A stretch of DNA of 15,178 nt, taken from positions 1 through 15,178 of the forward strand of contig JBHLNZ010000069.1 in the NCBI GenBank assembly GCA_048941015.1. The letters run 5' to 3'. Source of the DNA: Promethearchaeota archaeon (lineage in GTDB: Archaea > Asgardarchaeota > Lokiarchaeia > Sigyniarchaeales > SOKP01). The position numbers and the translations under genes are program-made. Position 1 is the first letter of the stretch, and every line of letters begins with the position of its first letter. Below are positions 7,549 to 15,178 of the stretch, piece after piece. The notes under the pieces were generated by a model. That model worked only from the letters and a program-made list of their open reading frames with translations. It did no database searches and had not been told where the DNA came from.

Positions 7549-8304
7549 ATGGAAAAAGAATTTTTAGAAGAAGTACGAGAATTAGGAGATAAAGAAATAC
7601 TTGAGGAGATAAAAAGAGACAATCTTGTTATTTATGCAGAAGATCTTGTAAAAGATTATGAGATTGGAGAATTCATTGTTAGGGCAGTAGATCATGTTTC
7701 ATTAAAGATTAAAGAAAGCGATTTTATTGTAATAAAAGGACCATCAGGAGCAGGTAAAACTACTTTATTAAATTTAATTGGTGGATTAGATTCTCCAAAT
7801 TCTGGTTTAGTCTTTACTAATGGTGTAAAAATTACAAATATGGAAGAAGAATCTCTAGCAACTTTTCGATTATTTAATACTGGTTTTGTATTTCAAAATT
7901 ATAATCTTATCAGCACATTAACAGCTGAAGAAAATGTAATGTTTCCTTTGAGTCTAGCTGGAATGCATGTCCAAGATCAGAGAGAAAAATCTGTCACACT
8001 ATTAAGAAAAATTGGTCTTGGTGACAGACGTGAACATCTCCCATTTCAATTATCAGCAGGTGAACAACAAAGAGTAGCAATTGCCCGTGCATTAGCTAAC
8101 AATCCTCCTATTATTTTAGCAGATGAACCAACTGCTAATTTAGATAAGAATTCAAGTATTTTAATAAGAGATCTATTTAAAGAAATGAAGGAGGAACAAA
8201 GAACGGTAATTATCGCAACTCATGATGACTATTTGATAGAATTAGCAACTAGAGTATTTGAATTTGAAAATGCTAAAATTCTAAAAGAAACTATTATAAA
8301 TTAA
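7549..8304 (+). CDS. ABC transporter ATP-binding protein, LolD/MacB/SalX family
   Basis: Walker A GPSGAGKT, GFVFQNYNL Q-loop, LSAGEQQRVAIARAL signature, ILADEPTANLD Walker B/D-loop and ATHD H-loop. It carries a ~25-aa acidic N-terminal extension. Confidence 0.95.
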   Translation: MEKEFLEEVRELGDKEILEEIKRDNLVIYAEDLVKDYEIGEFIVRAVDHVSLKIKESDFIVIKGPSGAGKTTLLNLIGGLDSPNSGLVFTNGVKITNMEEESLATFRLFNTGFVFQNYNLISTLTAEENVMFPLSLAGMHVQDQREKSVTLLRKIGLGDRREHLPFQLSAGEQQRVAIARALANNPPIILADEPTANLDKNSSILIRDLFKEMKEEQRTVIIATHDDYLIELATRVFEFENAKILKETIIN

Positions 8305-8339
8305 AAAAATATATCCGAAAACTGTAAGGTGTTAATCAG

Positions 8340-10250
8340 ATTTCATTAAATTTTGCACTTAAAGATTTTTATAGGAAAAAAGAAATATCAATTCCTTATG
8401 TATTGATGATTAGTTTAGTTATAGCTTTATCAACCTTCTTAATTTATTTTACTTCTTCAATAGGATTAAATTCTTTTATTCAATATGATTATAGTAATAT
8501 TTTTTATTTTACAGGCGGAATTAGTTTAATTTATTTCAATTTTAATACATTGATTATAAGTCTTGTTTTGATATTAGCATTTATTGTGGTTATTGTAATC
8601 ACGAGTACTTTAATCCTTAATAAGAGGAGAGATATTGCTATTATGAAATCATTAGGCACACTTCCAGGTAAACTATATAACTATTATTTAACAGAAGCTT
8701 ATATTATGTATTTTATAGGTTTTCTGTTAGGATTTCTTTTAGGTTTAATTTCTTATGGAATTTCAGGACTTTTACTTAGATTATTAGGATTTTCTGTTTA
8801 CTTTTTTATCGATCTACTTTATACACCAATTCTATTCTTTTCTTGTATGGGTGGCATTTTTATCGTTCCTGGATACATTTTAAGAAGAATTGGAAATCAA
8901 AAAACAGTAAAGACATTTTCAAAAGACATTCCTTATAACTATGATGCTTCTAAAGGACTATCCTTTATTCCTAAATGGATCTCATTGATCAGCCTTAACT
9001 TCAAAACATCCGTTATTAATACTATTAGAAGGAAAGGAGAATTTAAACGGTATATGATAGTTTTTTCGATCATTTCAGTCATAATATTTACTTTAAGTAT
9101 AGGAATATTTGTATTAAATAGTTCTTCACAACAATGGATTAGAAAATCCCAAGGAGAGAATATTTTAGCAATTGGGCATAAGGATGTAATTGAAAATTAC
9201 GCTTTAATGTATTCTATGTTTTCAGATCCTACTCTTATGATCAATGGTGATGAGATAGATTTGTTGGACTCACAATATCTATTTAATTTCTCTAATATTG
9301 ATGATTTAGGAGATTTATCTGATATAAAAACAATTGATCAAAGATTAATTAGTTTTTTCAATGCTGAAGAATTAGATGGATATCACTACTATGAAACTTC
9401 AGGTTATATTATCGTAGGACAGCAAAGAACAGGAATATTTCCTGTAGTTGGGGTAAATACTAGTGAACTTATCCAAAATTTTGAAATTGATGGTACTTAT
9501 TTTAATGATTCTGATGCTGACATAAATATGTTAATAGGAGATGGTTTAGCTTATAATTTCTTCGATTATGCTTTTGATCAAAGTATACGATTTTATGATC
9601 TTAATCATACTTTTCACATCTCAGGAGTAGCGATAGATAGTCTGTATAGTGGTTATTCCGGATATATCGATATTGATGTCATGAGAGAAGATTTAAACCT
9701 TACTAATCAAGAAGTAAACTTAATTTTGATCGAACTTAACTCTAATCCATCCTCTGTAATCGAAAATGAATTAAGTACCATTATTACTTCAAATCTTGGA
9801 AACAACTTTACATATATAGCTTTAGATTCGATATTTGACAAAAATCTTCAACATATTTCGAATTTAACTTTATATCCTGCTATATTGGTTTTCATAATGG
9901 GAGTAATTTCGATTCTTTCTCTCTATAACTATCAAAAGGGGGGAATTTTAGAAAAATCAAAAGATTTCTTAATTCAAAGAGCGATTGGCTCCAAGTATAA
10001 ATATATTAAACGAATATTGTTCTTAGAAGCGTTATACGTGATTGTACCTTCTTTGTCCTTGAGTTTAGGAATAGGAATGATACTAAATTCAATTGTTTTA
10101 TTTGAAAGAGCTTATTTACCACCTCTTTACATTCCTTTAATAATTTTTGGATTTACTTTTATTTCTTTTATTTGCTTCAATTATATTAGTCTTATCCCTA
10201 TTATGAAGAAGATTAAAAAATTTAATATTAAAGATTTTGTAATCTTCTAA
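8340..10250 (+). CDS. FtsX/MacB-family ABC permease with two tandem permease halves (ORF track start 8403; proposed ATT start 8340)
   Basis: About 8 hydrophobic segments, KRRDIAIMKSLG and KSKDFLIQRAIG FtsX-type motifs, and a large hydrophilic extracytoplasmic domain in the second half. The frame is open from 8328 and encodes ISLNFALKDFYRKK before the called start. Confidence 0.88.
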   Translation: MSLNFALKDFYRKKEISIPYVLMISLVIALSTFLIYFTSSIGLNSFIQYDYSNIFYFTGGISLIYFNFNTLIISLVLILAFIVVIVITSTLILNKRRDIAIMKSLGTLPGKLYNYYLTEAYIMYFIGFLLGFLLGLISYGISGLLLRLLGFSVYFFIDLLYTPILFFSCMGGIFIVPGYILRRIGNQKTVKTFSKDIPYNYDASKGLSFIPKWISLISLNFKTSVINTIRRKGEFKRYMIVFSIISVIIFTLSIGIFVLNSSSQQWIRKSQGENILAIGHKDVIENYALMYSMFSDPTLMINGDEIDLLDSQYLFNFSNIDDLGDLSDIKTIDQRLISFFNAEELDGYHYYETSGYIIVGQQRTGIFPVVGVNTSELIQNFEIDGTYFNDSDADINMLIGDGLAYNFFDYAFDQSIRFYDLNHTFHISGVAIDSLYSGYSGYIDIDVMREDLNLTNQEVNLILIELNSNPSSVIENELSTIITSNLGNNFTYIALDSIFDKNLQHISNLTLYPAILVFIMGVISILSLYNYQKGGILEKSKDFLIQRAIGSKYKYIKRILFLEALYVIVPSLSLSLGIGMILNSIVLFERAYLPPLYIPLIIFGFTFISFICFNYISLIPIMKKIKKFNIKDFVIF

Positions 10251-10354
10251 AAGTATCTAAATGGTAATTTACAAAAAATTAAAAATATATATTAAGAGTA
10301 TTATGAAATATATATAACTAAAAATTAGCATATTAAAAAGGATTAATAACCTCT

Positions 10355-11668
10355 ATGACAGAAGAAGATAATTTGCGCATCAAAATCAAGGATTTGGAAT
10401 CGCAATTAGAAGCTAAAGAAAGAGAACTCATGAGTTCATTTGATAAAATCGACCACCTTGAAGAAGAAGTTATGGCTCTCCATGAGATCATGCCTGCCAA
10501 GGATTCGAAGAAAAAAAGTAAGAAAGTTAAAGAATCAAAAATCGCTTTTGAACTAGCTGCCAAAGATAGAGAAATAAGAGAATTAAAAGATAAAATGGGC
10601 TATTTAAGAAAGGAGAAAATAGAAGCACAGAAAGAACTTGAAAGAATAAAATCAAATGAAGCATCCTCTTCTGTTATTCGTGTTGAAGATATTAGAAAAG
10701 ATCAAACACCTCTAAGTATATTAGTAAAAGAATTACAGTCAAAAATAAACAAGCAAGAATCTATAATCAAGCGTTTGAAAGGAGGAACATTCTCTAGTGA
10801 TGATTATGAAGAAAAAATCAAAGAAAAAAACGATGAAATTCAAGCCTTGAAGAAGGGTATAGAAAATTTAAATCAAAAATTACAGGAAGCTAATGCCAAC
10901 ACTCAGATTAAACCAAATGAGGAAGTAAAGAAAAAATTACTCGAAGATCTTCAAGATAAATTAAATAAATCAAAAAGACAGATAGATGATTTAAACAATA
11001 AACTCAGCAAATATGAAAAAAAAGGAAAAATCAAAGACAAGGAAGTCTCCGAATTACAGGCATCAAAAGCAAAAATAGTTCAATTAACTGATGATTTAAT
11101 GGAAAAAAATAGAGAAATAGAGCAACTAAAAAAAGCTAATACTGATTCTGACAAGACACCACGATCTAATCCTTTAGAACCGGTTGTTGAAGAATTAAAA
11201 AATAAATTAAATAAATCTAAAGCTCAATTAGAATTATTAGAATTTCAATTATCTGAAACTCAGGAACAACCTGATTCATCGAAGAAAATAAGTAAAAAAG
11301 ATATTGATGGAAGATTAAAAATACAAAGAGAAATGGCAAGACTTCTACAGCAACAACTGGATGACACAAAAAGGGACTTAAAAACTAAAGAAGAAGAGAT
11401 TGGGACAATTAAAAATGAAGGAATAAGGATTAAAAATAAATACGAAGATCTATATAACCAACTAAGGCTAAAAGATCAACAACTCTCGGAATTAAAATCA
11501 GAATTAGATACTTTTAAATTTCAATCCCGAGATCAAGCATTAATTCCTCCTACTGAAGACCCCCAACTTATTGTAAGAATTAATGAACTAAAGAGCATAA
11601 TTGAAGAATTAAATAAACAAAATGCTCAACAAAGATTAGAAATTTCACAGTTAAGAAAAAGTACATAA
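10355..11668 (+). CDS. Long coiled-coil protein of unknown function
   Basis: 437 aa, K/E/Q/L-rich heptad pattern throughout, no hydrophobic TM segment, and three copies of an ELQxKLNKSKxQI-like repeat. Confidence 0.85.
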   Translation: MTEEDNLRIKIKDLESQLEAKERELMSSFDKIDHLEEEVMALHEIMPAKDSKKKSKKVKESKIAFELAAKDREIRELKDKMGYLRKEKIEAQKELERIKSNEASSSVIRVEDIRKDQTPLSILVKELQSKINKQESIIKRLKGGTFSSDDYEEKIKEKNDEIQALKKGIENLNQKLQEANANTQIKPNEEVKKKLLEDLQDKLNKSKRQIDDLNNKLSKYEKKGKIKDKEVSELQASKAKIVQLTDDLMEKNREIEQLKKANTDSDKTPRSNPLEPVVEELKNKLNKSKAQLELLEFQLSETQEQPDSSKKISKKDIDGRLKIQREMARLLQQQLDDTKRDLKTKEEEIGTIKNEGIRIKNKYEDLYNQLRLKDQQLSELKSELDTFKFQSRDQALIPPTEDPQLIVRINELKSIIEELNKQNAQQRLEISQLRKST

Positions 11669-11682
11669 TTTAATGAACTTTG

Positions 11683-12663
11683 ATGGAACTCATTATTTTA
11701 GGATCCTCTGCAGCAATCCCAGTAAGGGAGCGAAATTTACCTTCAATTGCTTTAAAATATAAAAATGAAATAATATTATTCGATTGTGGAGAAGATCTGC
11801 AACGTAGAATTATAGATGCTGGTTTGAAGTTTAATAAACCTCTAAAGATATTAATTTCTCACTTTCATGGAGATCACATAATCGGACTTCCCGGGTTATT
11901 ATTTCGATTCGGATTAATTGATAGAGATAAGCCTCTTATGATATTTGGTCCCCGAAACCTCTTTCTATATTTATATCTACATAAAAAAATTCTTGGACTT
12001 AAGGCAGATTATCCAATTTCGATTATCGAAATTGATAATGTGAATAATAAGTTAATCGAGTATCAAGGTTTAGATAATGAGGAACCATTTAAAGAATCGA
12101 AAATAAATGAAAATATTATTTTTGATTGCAAAAGATATTTTTTAAAATATTGTGAAGTGGAACATTCAATTCTTACATTTGGTTATTCTTTCATAGAGAA
12201 ACCACGCAGTGGAAAATTCAATCCAGAAAAGGCTAGACAAATGGGAATACCGGAGAGTAGACTTTGGAAACAAATGCATGAAGGAGAAACTATTAAATTT
12301 AATGGAAAAACCATAGATCCATTAAAAGAAGGTATTGTCGGGCCAAAAAGGATCGGACGGAAAATCACTTATTCAGGGGATACTGCTCCATCTGATAATC
12401 TGATCAAATTAGGTAAAAATTCTGATATATTAATTCATGAAGCTACATTCTCGAAAGAATTATTAGATATCGCTAAAGAAAAGAAACACTCAACTTCTGT
12501 TGATGCTGCAAACGCTGCGATAAAAATGAATGCAAAACAATTAATTCTAACTCATATATCTTCAAGATACCAAGAAGATTCTAAAAAATTACTTAAAGAA
12601 GCGAAAGAGATATTTCCAAACACAATTTTAGCAGAAGATTTATTGAAAATGGATTTAAAATAG
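11683..12663 (+). CDS. rnz: Ribonuclease Z (tRNA 3'-processing metallo-beta-lactamase)
   Basis: LGSSAAIP, LFDCGE, SHFHGDH, exosite (GKFNPEKA..MGIP), YSGDT, LIHEATF, HSTS and LTHISSRY. Start is ATG 11683 or the TTG at 11680. Confidence 0.96.
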   Translation: MELIILGSSAAIPVRERNLPSIALKYKNEIILFDCGEDLQRRIIDAGLKFNKPLKILISHFHGDHIIGLPGLLFRFGLIDRDKPLMIFGPRNLFLYLYLHKKILGLKADYPISIIEIDNVNNKLIEYQGLDNEEPFKESKINENIIFDCKRYFLKYCEVEHSILTFGYSFIEKPRSGKFNPEKARQMGIPESRLWKQMHEGETIKFNGKTIDPLKEGIVGPKRIGRKITYSGDTAPSDNLIKLGKNSDILIHEATFSKELLDIAKEKKHSTSVDAANAAIKMNAKQLILTHISSRYQEDSKKLLKEAKEIFPNTILAEDLLKMDLK

Positions 12664-12749
12664 CTAAAAATTTTAATAATTGAATATAAAGAGCCTTAAT
12701 TCATAATTCTTTAAAAATGGAGATATAAATTAAATAAAAATTATGTTTA

Positions 12750-12959
12750 TCAGTTCCCCCCTGCTATATGGGGAAGAATAACAATTTCGTCGGTTTCTCT
12801 GATTATATCATCTTCAGATGCTTTCTTGCCGTTTATAAGAATTCCAAAATATTTACCCTCTAAATTTAATTCCCTGAGAAGTTCTTTAACTCTCATTTGT
12901 TTCTCTGGTTTAAAGGTTTCATAAAGCCCAGTATCAATAAGTTCAGTAATTTGTTTTAT
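12750..12959 (-). CDS. ThiS/MoaD/SAMP-type ubiquitin-like small protein ending in GGN (missing from the ORF track)
   Basis: Manual translation: (I/M)KQITELIDTGLYETFKPEKQMRVKELLRELNLEGKYFGILINGKKASEDDIIRETDEIVILPHIAGGN-stop. VKELLxxL, INGK and DEIVILPxIAGG are beta-grasp sulfur-carrier hallmarks. First ATG is at 12896 (48 aa). ATA at 12959 follows AGGTGG by 5 nt (69 aa). Confidence 0.88.
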   Translation of the reverse strand: MKQITELIDTGLYETFKPEKQMRVKELLRELNLEGKYFGILINGKKASEDDIIRETDEIVILPHIAGGN

Positions 12960-13235
12960 TTAAACCACCTTTAATATCAATTTATTTTAATTTAATAATA
13001 TTATAACCACCTAACTATTTAAAATTAATTCCTTAATAATTTAGGTGTCAACTTCCAATTAAGTACAATTTTATATCATAAATTTTCGAGTAGGTAAGAC
13101 ATTTTAATCTAATTTAATCAGCTTTTCAACATCCCTTTTAAAATTTTTCCATACTGGATAAGAAAAACCAACTCTTTTTATTTTTTTAATAATTTTTATA
13201 CTTAAATCTTACAATTTTTAAAGGGTTGATCTTAA

Positions 13236-14891
13236 ATACTTCAATCAGAGGATGATTACAGTGATTATGGAGATTATTTAGAGAAATTAAGAGATTCCCT
13301 TGAAATTGTTCATAATCTTAAAGATAAAGAAAGAAAAAATTTTATTCAAAATCTGGTTAAAGATATAATTGAATTCGCAAATAACATAGCGGATACAGAA
13401 GAATATTTTGAGGCAGGTGAATTTTTATATTCTGCTGCTGAACTAATTCAAGAGTTTGATGAATTCCAATCAAATTTTTTATATAAACTAATAATAAAAT
13501 TCTGGGAAAATCAAATCAATTTCTATAAACTTCAAGCAAAATTACACGAAATTGCAGAAATATATCTAAGACTTGCTGATTTATATAATGAAAAGTTTGA
13601 TGATCCAAAATCTGAGAGAAAGCACATCTTAAATAGTATTAATTATTTGAAACAAGAAAGCAAACTGTTAGAAGAATTCAATGAAACGAGAAAGTTAACC
13701 CAGAATTTTGAAAATATTGCCGAGTTATATCTCAAAATAAATGACTGTAAACGAGCAACAAGATATTATGCTTACGTTATTGAAATTGCAAAGAATTTCC
13801 AATATTTTGATTTATTATCCTATTCATATCAACAAATAGCTTCATGTTACCGTGAATTAGATGATTATAATAAATCAAAAGATATAATTTTAGAGGGCAT
13901 CGAATACTTCTCAGATATCTATGAAAAATTTGATGAGATAAATGACTATCTCACAATCTCTCAAGTTAGTCAAGTTTTAAAGAAATTATATAAGCTGACT
14001 AATAATGAAGAACAATTCGTAATTTATTCAAAAAATGAAGCTAGAGCATATATAAGTCTTGCTGAAAGATTAGAAAAAAAAGAAGAAAATTTTCAAAAAA
14101 TAGCTCGTTTCTATCGTGGAGCTGCATTGTGCTATCAAGAAATTCATAATAATTTAATTGAATCTGCTTCGTGCTTCGTATTAGCAGGTAACTATTCAGA
14201 GAAAGTTGAAGATTTTAATGAAGCTGCGACAAATTTCTTTAATGCCGCAGTAACCTTTAAGGAATTAAATAATATTGAAATGGCATATAAGCATTTTGTA
14301 AAAGCTGGTGATAATTATTGGAAAATAGGAGAAGTAAATGATTCCACTGAATGTTATTTAAATGCTTATGATATAGCAGTTGAGGGAGAATTAGAGTATG
14401 ATAGATTCGGCATATTTAATCAAATTGTTAGGGGTTTAAATATAATAGCTAAAGAAGGTTTAAAAAATAAACAATTTTATACTTCAGCAACAGTCATTTT
14501 AGAAAGTATTAAATTTTATCAACAGCTTGATACGGCTAAAGAGTTTCTAGTTAATGAAATGGTAAGAAATGTATATAAATATTATTACCGAGCAGCGAAT
14601 TTGCAGAAGATAGGATTTTCTCATATCGTTCAATCTTATGTATTAGCTGCAATTTCTTCTATTCTTAACGGTAAAATTGAAAAAGCTTTAAAAATTCTCT
14701 CAGAAATAGAATCTGATGGTAATACCGTAAGAAAGTATAAAGAATTAGTTAAATTGATAATAGAATGGGTTTCTGAAGGGAAACAAGTCGAATTTGATAA
14801 CTTTCCATATGAATTACAAAGAATTATTCAAGGATCTGAAGAGATAATGTATCTTTTAAAGTTATTTAAAGGTTATAAAATAGCTGTGTAA
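13236..14891 (+). CDS. Alpha-helical repeat (TPR-like / soluble NSF attachment protein-like) protein (ORF track start 13647; frame open from ATA 13236)
   Basis: Repeats of A..Y/F..AA..Y/F (IARFYRGAALCY, SASCFVLAGNY, AATNFFNAAVTF, AYKHFVKAGDNY, STECYLNAYDI). The 137 stop-free upstream codons continue the pattern (EAGEFLYSAAELI, EIAEIYLRLADLY). Confidence 0.75.
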   Translation: MLQSEDDYSDYGDYLEKLRDSLEIVHNLKDKERKNFIQNLVKDIIEFANNIADTEEYFEAGEFLYSAAELIQEFDEFQSNFLYKLIIKFWENQINFYKLQAKLHEIAEIYLRLADLYNEKFDDPKSERKHILNSINYLKQESKLLEEFNETRKLTQNFENIAELYLKINDCKRATRYYAYVIEIAKNFQYFDLLSYSYQQIASCYRELDDYNKSKDIILEGIEYFSDIYEKFDEINDYLTISQVSQVLKKLYKLTNNEEQFVIYSKNEARAYISLAERLEKKEENFQKIARFYRGAALCYQEIHNNLIESASCFVLAGNYSEKVEDFNEAATNFFNAAVTFKELNNIEMAYKHFVKAGDNYWKIGEVNDSTECYLNAYDIAVEGELEYDRFGIFNQIVRGLNIIAKEGLKNKQFYTSATVILESIKFYQQLDTAKEFLVNEMVRNVYKYYYRAANLQKIGFSHIVQSYVLAAISSILNGKIEKALKILSEIESDGNTVRKYKELVKLIIEWVSEGKQVEFDNFPYELQRIIQGSEEIMYLLKLFKGYKIAV

Positions 14892-14990
14892 ATTTATATT
14901 TTTTTAAAAATGAAATAAGAATTTACATCATAATTAAATATCTCAAACTCTATGTAATTATAAAGAATTATATTGTTAAGGGTTTGAAAT

Positions 14991-15074
14991 ATGAAAAAAA
15001 ATATAAAAGCAACAATCATAATTGGTACAGCAATCACGCTAGCTATTGTATTACCTTATCTCTTAACAATTTGA
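14991..15074 (+). CDS. Candidate 27-aa single-TM microprotein
   Basis: ATG..TGA encodes MKKNIKATIIIGTAITLAIVLPYLLTI, a basic N-terminus plus 21 uncharged residues. It is preceded by RBS-like AAGGGT. Confidence 0.5.
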   Translation: MKKNIKATIIIGTAITLAIVLPYLLTI

Positions 15075-15178
15075 AATGAAATTATAATTAATTTATTTTT
15101 ATTCTGCAAATTAAATCTTAAAAAACTTTATTTTACATTCCATGAACTACTGTAAAAATATCGTTATTAGTTTTGATT

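Noticed and set aside
10333-10563. 76-aa minus strand ORF
   Set aside because: Antisense to the K/E-rich coiled-coil gene, which explains its S/F/L richness.
12183-12368. 61-aa minus strand ORF
   Set aside because: Antisense inside rnz.
12678-12752. C-terminal selenocysteine in the ubiquitin-like protein (TGA followed by TAA) with a downstream SECIS
   Set aside because: The downstream AUGA-containing hairpin is short, weak and lacks the opposing GA of a SECIS core. It is better explained as a tandem stop plus a weak hairpin between convergent genes.
1-15178. CRISPR array, transposase/integrase, tRNA or rRNA genes
   Set aside because: No regularly spaced repeats, mobile-element ORFs or RNA-gene signatures were seen by manual reading.

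Overview
Very AT-rich (~70% by eye) prokaryotic window, most likely archaeal. TATA/BRE-type promoters, GGAGG/GGTGA ribosome-binding sites, an Archaeoglobus-type IscS, a SNAP-like helical-repeat protein and a long coiled-coil protein suggest an Asgard (Lokiarchaeia-like) origin, but this is inference. The left half (minus strand) is a sulfur/Fe-S/redox cluster: tusA, dsrE, an iscS whose PLP lysine is replaced by Asp (SSND), and iscU fused to a degenerate thioredoxin-reductase NADPH-type domain. These are followed by a four-domain CoA-disulfide reductase-rhodanese-TusA-rhodanese gene and rubrerythrin. Upstream lie an orphan corrinoid protein and an unannotated ~125-nt structured RNA candidate (own TATA box, 10-bp terminal stem, U-tail) with two segments complementary to the corrinoid gene's ribosome-binding region. 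The right half holds a MacB/LolD-type ABC ATPase and permease, a coiled-coil protein, RNase Z, an uncalled ThiS/MoaD/SAMP-type ubiquitin-like gene ending GGN, a SNAP-like protein and a 27-aa membrane microprotein candidate. Three genes appear to start at ATA/ATT codons. The best candidates for something new are: (1) an Fe-S assembly module fed by a persulfide relay rather than by cysteine desulfuration, (2) the small RNA, and (3) repeated ATH initiation. All calls come from manual motif reading, with no database searches.
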